Assembly (NCBI GenBank): GCA_002269645.1
Contig: NIVC01003221.1
Span: forward strand, 1-64,000
Source of the DNA: Macrostomum lignano
Taxonomy: Eukaryota
Direction: 5' to 3'
DNA: 64,000 bases
Program-made: the position numbers and the translations under genes
The notes under the pieces: model-generated
The model's database searches: none
What the model was told of the DNA's origin: nothing
The model's input: only the letters and a program-made list of their open reading frames with translations
Shown: in pieces, positions 53,518 to 64,000 of the stretch
Numbering within the stretch: the first letter of the stretch is position 1
How the letters are laid out: the number at the start of each line of letters is the position of its first letter

Positions 53518-55408
53518 ATGTCCAAGCGAGTGCCCCTACAGAAACCAGCACCAAAGTCTAAAGCCACAGCAGCCAGTAATTCAACTCGACCAAAGAAGAA
53601 GCCACCAAAGACCCAGTCTCCTTCATCTACCCTACCAGACAAAGATGCTGGCACAGAATTTGGCGATGAATTTCTCAGCAGCACACCACCAGAGATGCTG
53701 AATGATCACCAGCAGGATCAGATGGAACCAGAGTCAGCAGAGGAACTGCAGAAGCGTCTATTAGACAGACTTTTATCTCCATCATCGCCCAGTGACACCT
53801 TGTGCGAGCTCACTCACGCCCGACTCGATCGGGCTGAACTAACCAGCATAGATTGCTTCGCCAACATGTGGCCAAGCAATAATAGTGTTACACACCTGTA
53901 TTTGCAACACAACAAATTGGAGAGCTTACTGCCGGGTATTGAGTATTTGCCTAATCTTGTGTTTCTAACCGTGGCGCACAATCGGTTAACCAATTTGACT
54001 GGATTGGCCAGCTCAGCACCGGGTCTGAGGTTTCTGGACGCTTCGCATAATGGATTGACAAGACTGGAGCCCAGCACAGACTTGCCTGCGAATTTGTTTA
54101 TTTTGTGTTTACAGGTGTGTCTGTAGGTTTGTACTTTCGTGTTTTCTGCCCCCTAAACAGCTACACAGATCGGGGTACCCGCCCCCTAAACGGCAAAACA
54201 TATCGGGTTATCCGCCCCTTAAACAGCAACACATATCGGGTTATCCGCCCCCTAAACGGCAAAACAGATCGGGTTATCCGCCCCTTAACAGCAACACAGA
54301 TCGGATTATCCGCCCCCTAAACAGCAAAACAGATCGGGTTATCCGCCCCCTAAACGGCAAAACAGATCGGGTTATCCGCCCCTTTAACAGCAAAACAGAT
54401 CGGATTATCCGCTCCCTAAACAGCAACGCAGATCGGGTTATCCGCCCCCTACACAGCTACACAGATCGGGTCATCCGCCCCCTACACAGCTACACAGATC
54501 GAGTTATCCGCCCCCTACCCCCTACACAGCTACACAGATCGGGTTATCCGCCCCCTACACAGCTACACAGATCGGGTTATCCGCCCCCTTCTACACAGCT
54601 ACACAGATCGGGTTATCCGTCCCCTTCTACACAGCTACACAGATCGGGTTATCCGCCCCCTTCTACACAGCTACACAGTTCAGGTTATCCGCCCCTAAAC
54701 AGCCACACCGATCGTGTTATACGCCCCTTCCCTAAACAGCAGCACAGATCGGATGATCCGCCCCTATATTAAGCCACCTGTTTGGTTATCCGCAGTTTAT
54801 GAATTTATGATGCATTAATTCTTCTGCTTAGCAACGAGATGATTCGTCACCCAAAACCCGCCACCGTTGCCAAGGGCAACCCGTGTCGCGGCTACCGTCG
54901 CTCGGTGCTGTCCCGACTGCCCCGGCTGCACCAGCTGGACCTGCGAATCGTTGAGCGGCAAAGCGGCGACGACGAAGGTGCCGCCGCCGACTCCGAACGG
55001 TTGCCAACGGACTCTGAGGACGATGATGACGACGAAGCCGGCTCGGAGGATCCGGTTGACGACGATGTTGCCAGGATGCTGCGCGTTGCCAGGCAGTGCC
55101 TTGGCGAGCTGGACGAATCGGACATCGATGAAGATGTTGACGATATCGAAGATGCTGACTACGAGGTTGAAGATCAGTTGGACGATCTCGGCGATGCTGG
55201 CGAATCGGACGGGACTGGCGGGGACGCGGCGGCGTCGACATCGGTTCGCAGGCTCGCTGCCGATATTCTGCTGCGATCGCAGTCCCGTCTAGAAACTATG
55301 ATGTCCGCTGCCGCCGAGGCCGCCGCCGACACCGAACGGAGGCGTCGAGAAATTTCTTCGGCTGCCAACGCCGGGTCTGTCGCCGAGTCGTCGACAGATC
55401 TCGAGTGA
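53518..55408 (+). CDS. LRRC46: Leucine-rich repeat protein 46-like (SDS22-type LRRs, LRRcap, acidic tail)
   Basis: Exons 53518-54114 and 54875-55408 (phase 0). ELTHARLDRAELTSI..LYLQHNKL..LTVAHNRL..FLDASHNGL..LPANLFILCLQ|GNPCRGYRRSVLSRLPRLHQLD is collinear with LRRC46 as I recall it. Confidence 0.8.
54145..54765. repeat. ~32-bp minisatellite (CCCCCTAAACAGCAAAACAGATCGGGTTATCCG), LRRC46 intron
   Basis: Period visible; CGG(G/A)TTATCCG hairpin core. Confidence 0.92.
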
Positions 55409-55515
55409 TTTATGCATAATTCTTGTTTTAAAAAAATCTCCTGAAAAAAGTTTACTACGATACATATCGGCATACTTATTCACACAGTACAGTTGTCAGA
55501 AAGGGCCAGCTACCA

Positions 55516-58500
55516 ATGCACAGAGAGCACGAACGCAAAAGGGTAGCTTAATATTCTTAATTTAACTTGTCCATTGTAACTGAAGTCTGCTGTGATTGTA
55601 TATGAAATATCCGTCCATTTTTTGGTTTGCAAATTTAATTTTTATTCCTGTTCGCGTATTTTTAGTGCCTTTGGTTCCCATTTTCTTGCTCCTTTTACTA
55701 TAAAATAAATATTCAAGCACATTTTTAAGGCAAAGCTTCAACTTTCTTACTTTATTTTATATTGTTAAATTAAAAAATAATTTCTGTGCCACTTTTAGGT
55801 TTTCTTTTTTCTCCACCTTCAGTGTGAGATTTTGAGATTTTTCTATACTTCCTCTAATGTGAGATTTTGAGATTTGTCTCTACTTCCTCCTCTAGTGTGA
55901 GATTTTGAGATTTGTCTCTAATTCCTCCTCTGGTGTGAGATTTTGAGATTTGTCTCTACCTCTTCTAGTGTGAGATTTTGAGATTTGTTTCTACTTCCTC
56001 TAAGGTGCGATTTTGAGATTTGTCTCTACCTCATCTAGGGTGAGATTTTGAGATTTGTCTCTACCTCTTCTAGTGTGAGATTTTGAGATTTGTCTCTACT
56101 CGTACCTCTTCTAGGGTGAGATTTTGAGATTTGTCTCTACTTCCTCTAAGGTGAGATTTTGAGATTTGTCTCTACTTTCTCCTCTAGTGTGAGATTTTGT
56201 CTGTACTTCTAGTTTGAGATTTTGAGATTTGGCTCTACCTCCTCTAGTGTGAGATTTTGAGATTTGTCTCTAACCCCTTCTCTAGTGTGAGATTTTGAGA
56301 TTTGTCTCTACCTCCTCTAGTGTGAGATTTTGACACTTGTCTCTACTTCCTCTAATGTGAGATTTTGAGATTTGTCTCTACTTCCTCCTCTAGTGTGAGA
56401 TTTTGAGATTTGTCTCTACCCCCTCCTCTAGTGTGAGATTTTGAGATTTGTTTCTACCCCCTCCTCTAGTGTGAGATTTCTTTCCATCAGGTGCGAGTTT
56501 TGGTTATTTCCCGCTTTTGACGTCTCCTTTCCCGCTGCAGGCTGCCACGACACTCGCTCAGCGGTCGCCTACGGCCGCCGCCGCTGCTGCCGTCTCCTCG
56601 CGTGTTCATGTCGCCGCCACATTCAATGTGCCCGACTTTGCTGCCGAGTCCGCCGCCGCCGCCACCGGCGCCGTAGCTTCGTCTTCGACAACCTCAACAG
56701 CCGATGCTCTGACGCTTGCAGAGTACGGCGTCGGTCGCAGCAACAGCTGGTTATTGCGCCGTCGTAGACCTCTGCCATTGGGGTCGGACTCCTCCGACTT
56801 GTTCGAGGACTGCTTGGCATATCTGCCAGACTCTGCGGATGACGCTGCCCTTGTTGAGTACGATTCTCCTGTAGTGTCTTCGCCTATTGGTTTAGCTGCA
56901 TCAGCTTCTGAGCCTCAGCAGCCTCAGCAGGAGCAGCAGCAGGAGCAGAAGACCACTGCGACATCGTCGAATGTCCCGGCTCAGCAGAAACCAGTTGTCA
57001 TGGTGAAATCCTCTTCAGCCGTCGCCACCACCGCCTTGACAGGTCAGAAAAGTCGCCGCTCGGGTCTTCGCAGCGCGTTTAATCCGGCTTATAAGCAGCG
57101 AGATTCGGCTCTGCATCGGCTGTTTAAAGAGGTCCCGGCAGCTGAGCGGCTTGTCACGGACTGCAGTTGCGCCTGGGACCGCAACGGCTTCCTGGTGCAG
57201 GGCCGGCTGTACGCCACCACAGTGAGACTGTGCTTCTATTCGAAAATTATCGGCTTTGAGACTCGGTTTACCGTGCCACTGGCGTCCGTCACTTCCCTTA
57301 CTAAGGAGCGAACCGCTCGATTAATTCCTAATGCTATCTTGGTTGTGTCTGGTCAGGACAGGTATGTACAAGTAGCTCTGCTAGATTCCCGGATTTTTTA
57401 TGGTTTGTAGCTCTTCTGGAGTTTTGAGCTGGTTTTGTAGGTGTAGGTCTTTGTTCCTGTAGTTTTGAGCTGGTTTTGTAGGTGTAAGTCTCTGTTCATG
57501 TAGTTTTTAGCTGGTTTTGTAGGTGTAGGTCTTTGTTCCTGTAGTTTTGAGCTGGTTTTGTAGGTATAAGTCTGTTCCTGTAGTTTTGAGCTGGTTTTGT
57601 AGGTGTAGGTCTTTGTTCCTGTAGTTTTGAGCTGGTTTTGTAGGTATAAGTCTGTTCCTGTAGTTTTTAGCTGGTTTTGTAGGTGTAGGTCTTTGTTCCT
57701 GTAGTTTTGAGCTGGTTTTGTAGGTATAAGTCTGTTCCTGTAGTTTTGAGCTGGTTTTGTAGGTGTAGGTCTCTGTTCATGTAGTTTTTAGCTGGTTTTG
57801 TAGGTATAAGTCTTTGTTCCTGTAGTTTTGAGCTGGTCTTGTAGATGTAGGTCTCTGTTCCTGTAGTTTTTAGCTGGTTTTGTAGGTGTAGGTCTTTGTT
57901 CCTGTAGTTTTTAGCTGGTTTTGTAGATGTAGGTCTTTGTTCCTGTAGTTTTGAGCTGGTTTTGTAGGTGTAGGTCTTTGTTCCTGTAGTTTTTAGCTGG
58001 TTTTGTAGGTGTAGGTCTCTGTTCATGTAGTTTTTAGCTGGTTTTGTAGGTATAAGTCTTTGTTCCTGTAGTTTTGAGCTGGTCTTGTAGATGTAGGTCT
58101 CTGTTCCTGTAGTTTTTAGCTGGTTTTGTAGGTGTAGGTCTTTGTAGGTGTAGGTCTTTGTTGCTATAGTTTTTAGCTGGTTTTGTAGGTGAAGGTCTTT
58201 GTTCCTGTAGTTTTGAGCTGGTTTTGTAGGTGTAGGTCTCTGTTCATGTAGTTTTTAGCTGGTTTTGTAGGTATAAGTCTTTGTTCCTGTAGTTTTAACC
58301 TGTTTTGTAGATGTAGGTCTCTGTTCCTGTAGTTTTTAGCTGGTTTTGTAGGTGTAGGTCTTTGTTCCTGTAGTTTTTAGCTGGTTTTGTAGGTGTAGGT
58401 CTTTGTTCCTGTAGTTTTGAGCTGGTTTTGTAGGTTTAGGTCTTTGTTTCTGTAGTTTTTAGCTGGTTTTGTAGGTGTAGGTCTTTGTAGGTGTAGGTCT

Positions 58501-61500
58501 TTGTTGCTATAGTTCTTAGCTGGTTTTGTAGGTGTAGGTCTTTGTTCATGTAGTTTTTAGCTGGTTTTGTAGGTGAAGGTCTTTGTTCCTGTAGTTTTTA
58601 GCTGGTTTTGTAGATGTAGGTCTCTGTTCATGTAGTTTTTAGCTGGTTTTGTAGGTGTAGGTCTTTGTTCCTGTAGTTTTGAGCTGGTTTTGTAGGTATA
58701 AGTCTGTTCCTGTAGTTTTGAGCTGGTTTTGTAGGTGTAGGTCTCTGTTCATGTAGTTTTTAGCTGGTTTTGTAGGTGTAGGTCTTTGTTCCTGTAGTTT
58801 TTAGCTGGTTTTGTAGGTGTAGGTCTCTGTTCCTGTAGTTTTGAGCTGGTTTTGTAGGTGTAGGTCTTTGTTCCTGTAGTTTTGAGCTGGTCTTGTAGAT
58901 GTAGGTCTCTGTTCCTGTAGTTTTTAGCTGGTTTTGTAGGTGTAGGTCTTTGTTCCTGTAGTTTTTAGCTGGTTTTGTAGGTGCTGCTACTATATAGCGT
59001 TTATAAGCTGTGTTTCATTTTGAAAAAACGCGAGGTAAAAGTCAAATTATTGTGCACTGCAGTCTGCAGTTGACCCGGTGTAAAATTCTTTTTTTTCAGG
59101 TACTTTCTAACCAGCCTGACAGCCAGGGAGAAGACATTTAGTGTGCTCAGCCTACTGTGGGAACTGTGTCCTCAGCCTATGCATCCCACTATCATGTGGG
59201 AGCTGATTCACGAGTCTTATGGAAACGATCTGGGTATGTCGTGACGTGTTACCGAGTCCTGGTTAGCCAAATAGTCATCGATATTGAGTCTCTTTTAAAA
59301 AATTAAAATGCCTTGCGTTTAATGCTCTGGGTTCAAATAATAGTACTGTGTAGTATGACATTGCAAATAGAAGCTTATGTTATACTAGAACTCTGTGCAC
59401 TGCTATTAACTAAGAACTAGGAATGTCTGTTTGCTTCGCTGTCAGATTTATGGATGATTTATATGCTTTATCAGTTTTGTGCTTGCAATCTGTTTTCTAC
59501 AGTTGCCGGACTAAATAAAATGGCTATTGGGAGAGCCTGCGGTTAAAAAACAGCATCACGAGACAAAGATGATGAGGAGCCAAAACAGGGAGACTGAGTT
59601 GATAAAGAGCCAAAACCAAAATAGAGCCTGGGAGAAAGAGATGAAGACTCAAAACAGGGAGACTGGGAGATGATGAGGAACTAGAACAGGGAGACTGGGA
59701 GATGATGAGGAACTAAAACAGAAAGACTGGGAGATAATGAGGAACTAAAACAGGGAGACTGGGAGATGATGAGGAACTAAAACAGGGAGACTGGGAGATG
59801 ATGAGGAATCAAAACAGGAAGACTGGGAGATGATGAGGAACTAAAACAGGGAGACTGGGAGATGATGAGGAATCAAAACAGGGAGACTGGGAGATGATGA
59901 GGAACTAAAACAGGGAGACTGGGAGATGATGAGGAATCAAAACAGGGAGACTGGGAGATGATGAGGAACTAAAACAGGGAGACTGAGAGATGATGAGGAA
60001 TCAAAACAGGAAGACTGGGAGATGATGAGGAACTAAAACAGGGAGACTGAGAGATGATGAGGAATCAAAACAGGGAGACTGGGAGATGATGAGGAATCAA
60101 AACAAGGAGACTGGGAGATGATGAGGAACTAAAACAGGGAGACTAGGACTATAAGATGATGAAGAACTAAAACAGGGTGACTGGGAGATGATGAGGAACT
60201 AAAACAGGGAGACTGAGAGATGATGAGGAATCAAAACAGGAAGACTGGGAGATGATGAGGAATCAAAACAGGGAGACTGAGAGATGATGAGGAATCAAAA
60301 CAGGGAGACTGAGAGATGATGAGGAATCAAAACAGGGAGACTGAGAGATGATGAGGAATCAAAACAGGGAGACTGACTGGTAGATGATGAGGATTTAAAA
60401 TAAGGAGACGCGAGGAAGTTGATGAAGCGCCGAAATAAAGACTGGTAGATGATAAAAAACCGAATTCTGAGTCCGATAGATAATAATAAACATTGGGAGA
60501 CTGCAAACTGATGAAGCATCCCGCTCGCCTTGCGCAGGCCTGGACTCGGATGACACTGACTACGTGCCAAGCATTTCCCGGCAACTGCCTAGCAACGATT
60601 CTTCGCCAGCTTTAATCTCGTCGCCAACTGAAGAAGACGGCAGCGGCGGCGGCAACGGTAGCGCCAACGAAGCCGCTTCGTCATCCGTTGCCATAGCAAC
60701 CGACGCTAATAATGGATTATCGCCGGCTTTGCCTTCGCTCTCGCCGCCGTCGTTCTCAATCGGCGAAACGTCGGGTTCGTCGCTCCAAAGCCGTGTGCTA
60801 GCCGAAGAGTTCGGCCCGCCAGACTCCGCTGCAGGCGATGAGGCAGCCACCCAGCAGGAGGTCCAGACTGAGGAGTGGCTGGCCATGGACTTGCCCGCAG
60901 ATGTTGACACCGTGTTTCTGGGCATATTCGGCCGCAGCTCGGCCTGGTTTCGTCAGTTTGCCGGCGAGCGAGGCTATTTGGAGATTCGAGTGGAACAGTG
61001 GAATCAAAGGGCTCGGACCGTGTCTTATCGGGTGCCGCTGAGTGGCGCGATCGGGCCAGGAATGCTGTGCAGGTGAGATTTTGAGACTTTATTGTGAGTC
61101 TCTCTGAGTGAGATTTTGAGACTATAGTGAGTCTGTCTGGTTGAGATTTTGACAGTTTATAGTGAGTCTGTCTGGTTGAGATTTTGACAGTTTATAGTGA
61201 GTCTGTCTGGGTGAGATTTTGAGACTTTATAGTGAGTCTGTCTGGGTGAGATTTTGAGACTTTATAGTGAGTCTGTCTGGGTGAGATTTTGAGACTTTAT
61301 AGTGAGTCTGCCTGGGTGAGATTTTGACAGTTTATAGTAAATCTGGATGGGTGAGATTTTGACAGTTTATAGTAAGTCTGTCTGGGTGAGATTTTTACAC
61401 AATGAGTGTGAGTCTGTTTGGTGAGATTTTCAGACAGCTGGACCTGTCTTTTTCAAATCATAAAAAACCCGACCCATCATCGTCCCGCAGGCTGACGAGC

Positions 61501-62350
61501 AGCGAATCACCCGCTACCAACCGGGCGAGGCCTACTCAGTTGAAGCCTCGTCAACCAGTCGTGACGTACCATACGGAGACGCATTTAGCACTTTTACAGC
61601 CTACCAGCTAACCTGCGCCGGGCCGGGCAGGTGTCGCCTCCGAGTCCTGTCCGAGCTTCGATTCCATCGCCAGCTCTTCCGTTTTGTACGCGGAGTTATT
61701 GACGCCTCCTGGCGTCGCGGTGTGACGCAGCACTATGCCACCATGCGGACCAGCTTAACTGCGCACTTCAACTCGTCAAGCGCGTCAGCTGGCAACGCCT
61801 CGGTGGCAGCAGCCGCCGCCGCCACCGCTAGCGCAGATTTGTCCGCCTCCGTGTCGGACGGATCCGACAATGTCGAAATCATTCCCGACGACTCTGTAGC
61901 GGCATCCCTATCGGATGGCAACTCTTCGGATCCGGCACTTACTTCCGCCGCTGGTGCTGCCGTTGTTGCCGCCGCCTCTGCCTCGGCTTCTACGATGTCA
62001 GTCTCATCGATATCAGCGTCGTTGTCGTCGGCGTCAGTTTGTCGTCGGCTTATTATCGCTTTATTGATTGCCAGCTTATTTCTGTGCGTCTGCTTCTCGC
62101 TGCTGCATAGTCGGTGCGATCGACTGAACGAACTGTTGATGGAAGCTACAGCGGGGTTGGCGCCTTCCCTCCTGTTTCTCCTGCTGCTGCTCCTCCTCCA
62201 GCTGCTGTTGTGTCTTCGTCCGACGTTGAATCAGTTGAATCTGAGCAGACTAGACAGCAGCTGGTGCAAATTATTGATGGCGCCATAGATTCGTTGGATC
62301 GGCTTTGCGCGACCCTGGCCGATTTGAGACTGCGTCTGCGTCGCCTTTAA
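55516..62350 (+). CDS. GRAMD1: GRAMD1/Aster sterol transporter (GRAM, VASt/StART-like, TM, C-terminal helix), with two apparent frameshifts
   Basis: Exons: tentative 55516-55542, then 56541-57361 (YKQRDSALHRLF..QGRLY..LCFYS..KERTARLIPNAI), 59100-59233 (YFLTSLTAREKTF..YGNDLG), 60538-61072 (LDSDDTDYVP..VSYRVPL) and 61491-62350 (DVPYGDAF..RLRVLSELRF; TM LIIALLIASLFLCVCFSLL; LVQIIDGAIDSLDRL). The frame breaks near 61058 and 62145. Confidence 0.88.
55815..56480. repeat. ~35-bp minisatellite (AGTGTGAGATTTTGAGATTTGTCTCTACCTCCTCT)
   Basis: Period visible. Confidence 0.93.
57405..58985. repeat. 39/41-bp minisatellite (GTAGTTTTTAGCTGGTTTTGTAGGTGTAGGTCTTTGTTCCT), GRAMD1 intron
   Basis: About 39 units. 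Confidence 0.95.
59570..60385. repeat. 32-bp purine-rich minisatellite (AAAACAGGGAGACTGGGAGATGATGAGGAACT), GRAMD1 intron
   Basis: About 25 units. Confidence 0.95.
61073..61430. repeat. 35-bp minisatellite (GTGAGATTTTGAGACTTTATAGTGAGTCTGTCTGG) starting at the splice donor
   Basis: About 10 units; unit 1 begins at the intron GT. Confidence 0.93.
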
Positions 62351-62439
62351 ATCCGATTCTTACTGGGATGAAGATCCTCTCTATAACTCTGGGCCGATTT
62401 TTATTACCTCTCCCTTACCCTGACCACGTATAGTGTTAT

Positions 62440-63055
62440 TTTGAGTCTCTAGTTTCTGCCTATCCCCGTTACCCTGGCCGATGGATAACTGTGCGGCGCA
62501 GGAATGTACGCTGTCTCTACTTACCGTACCCCCGCCTTGACACCCACCTCACTCCTTTTCTCGCGGCTTGACTGTTTCTCTCTATCCCACCCACAAAGTG
62601 GCTGTTGATAACCGTGCGGTGCAACGTACACTGCAAATTGTTGACGCCCACCTCACTCCCTTACTTAACTGCTAGTAACATTGTTGCTTCGTTTGATTTT
62701 CCAGACTTCTATAAATCTATATAACAGTCTAATTATCTATCCCTCCTCTCCCCACCTCCTGGACCAAGGACGATACTGTTAATACAATTGTCCACCGTCT
62801 CGTACCCCCCCCCTAATTGGTCGATAATTGACTTTGGCGCACGAGTGTACACTGCTTCTCTTAACCCTCCCTCCACCCTAGACACCCACCCCACTCCCTG
62901 TCTCGCGGCTTGCTTAGTCATCACAAGAGAATTCGCGTTATCTCTACTCCCTAACTGGTCGATAATTGACTGTAGGGCACGAGTGTACACTGTCTCTCCT
63001 AACCTTCCCTCCACCCTAGACACCCACCCCACTCCCTGTCTCGCGGCCTGTCTTC
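62440..63055. repeat. Diverged ~110-140-bp repeat units downstream of GRAMD1
   Basis: Units at 62811 and 62949 (138-bp spacing) share CCCTAA.TGGTCGATAATTGAC..GAGTGTACACTG..GACACCCACCCCACTCCCTGTCTCGCGGC; weaker copies at ~62480 and ~62605. Confidence 0.75.
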
Positions 63056-64000
63056 GTTTCACATTGTTACACAGAACCGATGAGTTCCCTATCCCTATTG
63101 CATTTTCCTATCATCCCCATCATTTCTTCTTAATTCGGCAAATATTCGGGGCACAATTTTATCGAATGATTTTTATTAAAAGAATTATTTGTCATCTGGG
63201 TCAATAGTGTATTTTAATTTAAACAATAAAAGCACAGTAAAAATCTAAGCTTTTATATTGCATTTTGACCTATTTTTCTAATTTTTTCTTTATTGTTATC
63301 AACCTACAAATATAAGATAAAATCTATTTTAAGCTATATAAGCTATAACTTCAAAATATTTCCTAGCCTTTACTTCCGTAGAGCCTGACCTTGTGTTGAT
63401 CTTTATTTGCACTGTCTATAGCGAGCCCTTTTAATTGCCATGTATTTTTATTAAAGCACTTTCTCAAAGTAGAAGAAATTTTAAGCCTACATATCCTATT
63501 TTAGATAGCTAAAGAAGAGCACTGATTACGTCATATTTTGCCTTGCACTTTTTTAGATTGATTTACTTTCTCGCAGTTTCTTTCTAAACTGATAAACTGA
63601 AGTTTAGTGTTTTCACATAGTTTTTTCAAAATGTTAGAAAATCCGTGTCTTGGATGCGTGCAATATATTTTATTCGAAATCTTTATTAGTCTAGTCTAAG
63701 TTCGCACACTCTTATAATATTGACAAGTAGTATTTTAAGTAGTATAGTGTGCGCGCAAAGCTTTCGAGCTCATTCGTTTGTCTTTGTCTATCTATTATCA
63801 TTAGTTTGTTTGTCACGACTGTTTAATCCCTATTGTTGATTTATCATTGTTTTTCCCTTCTTTAATTGCCATGCAGAATTTTGTTGATGGCCAGCAAGTT
63901 TTGTGAAGACAAATTTACTCGTATCTATTACCATATGCTTGTTGTCACTCTATATTGTCACAATCTTTTAATCGGAATTTGTGTTTTTTTCTCCCCATGA

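Overview
Eukaryotic (metazoan) genomic DNA using the standard code, with GT-AG introns. The mix of 45-60 nt introns, GC-rich exons and a different minisatellite in almost every long intron resembles Macrostomum-type flatworm genomes; this is an inference I cannot confirm. Five protein-coding loci were assembled by hand from splice sites: (1) on the minus strand, ~11285 to <1, a signal-peptide protein with C-type-lectin-like domains and a furin site, apparently spliced in frame into a >4.7-kb array encoding ([10 protein letters not shown])n, about 50% Asp; (2) a 14-exon AMPK-related (HUNK-like) Ser/Thr kinase, 13889-29556; (3) a spalt/SALL zinc-finger gene, 41437-46005; (4) LRRC46, 53518-55408; (5) GRAMD1/Aster, ~55516-62350, carrying two apparent 1-bp deletions. 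Mobile DNA: a complete but decayed Ty3/Gypsy element of CsRn1 type (267-bp LTRs, GTAT target duplication, tRNA-Trp-like PBS, GGGAAAC frameshift site), a tRNA/CORE-type SINE plus a truncated copy, two hAT-like MITEs and a probable LINE relic. Most long ORFs in the supplied track are artefacts of tandem repeats. The most interesting candidate is the lectin-furin-giant acidic repeat protein. Recurrent single-base deletions (acidic array, gag, GRAMD1 twice) may be long-read consensus errors.
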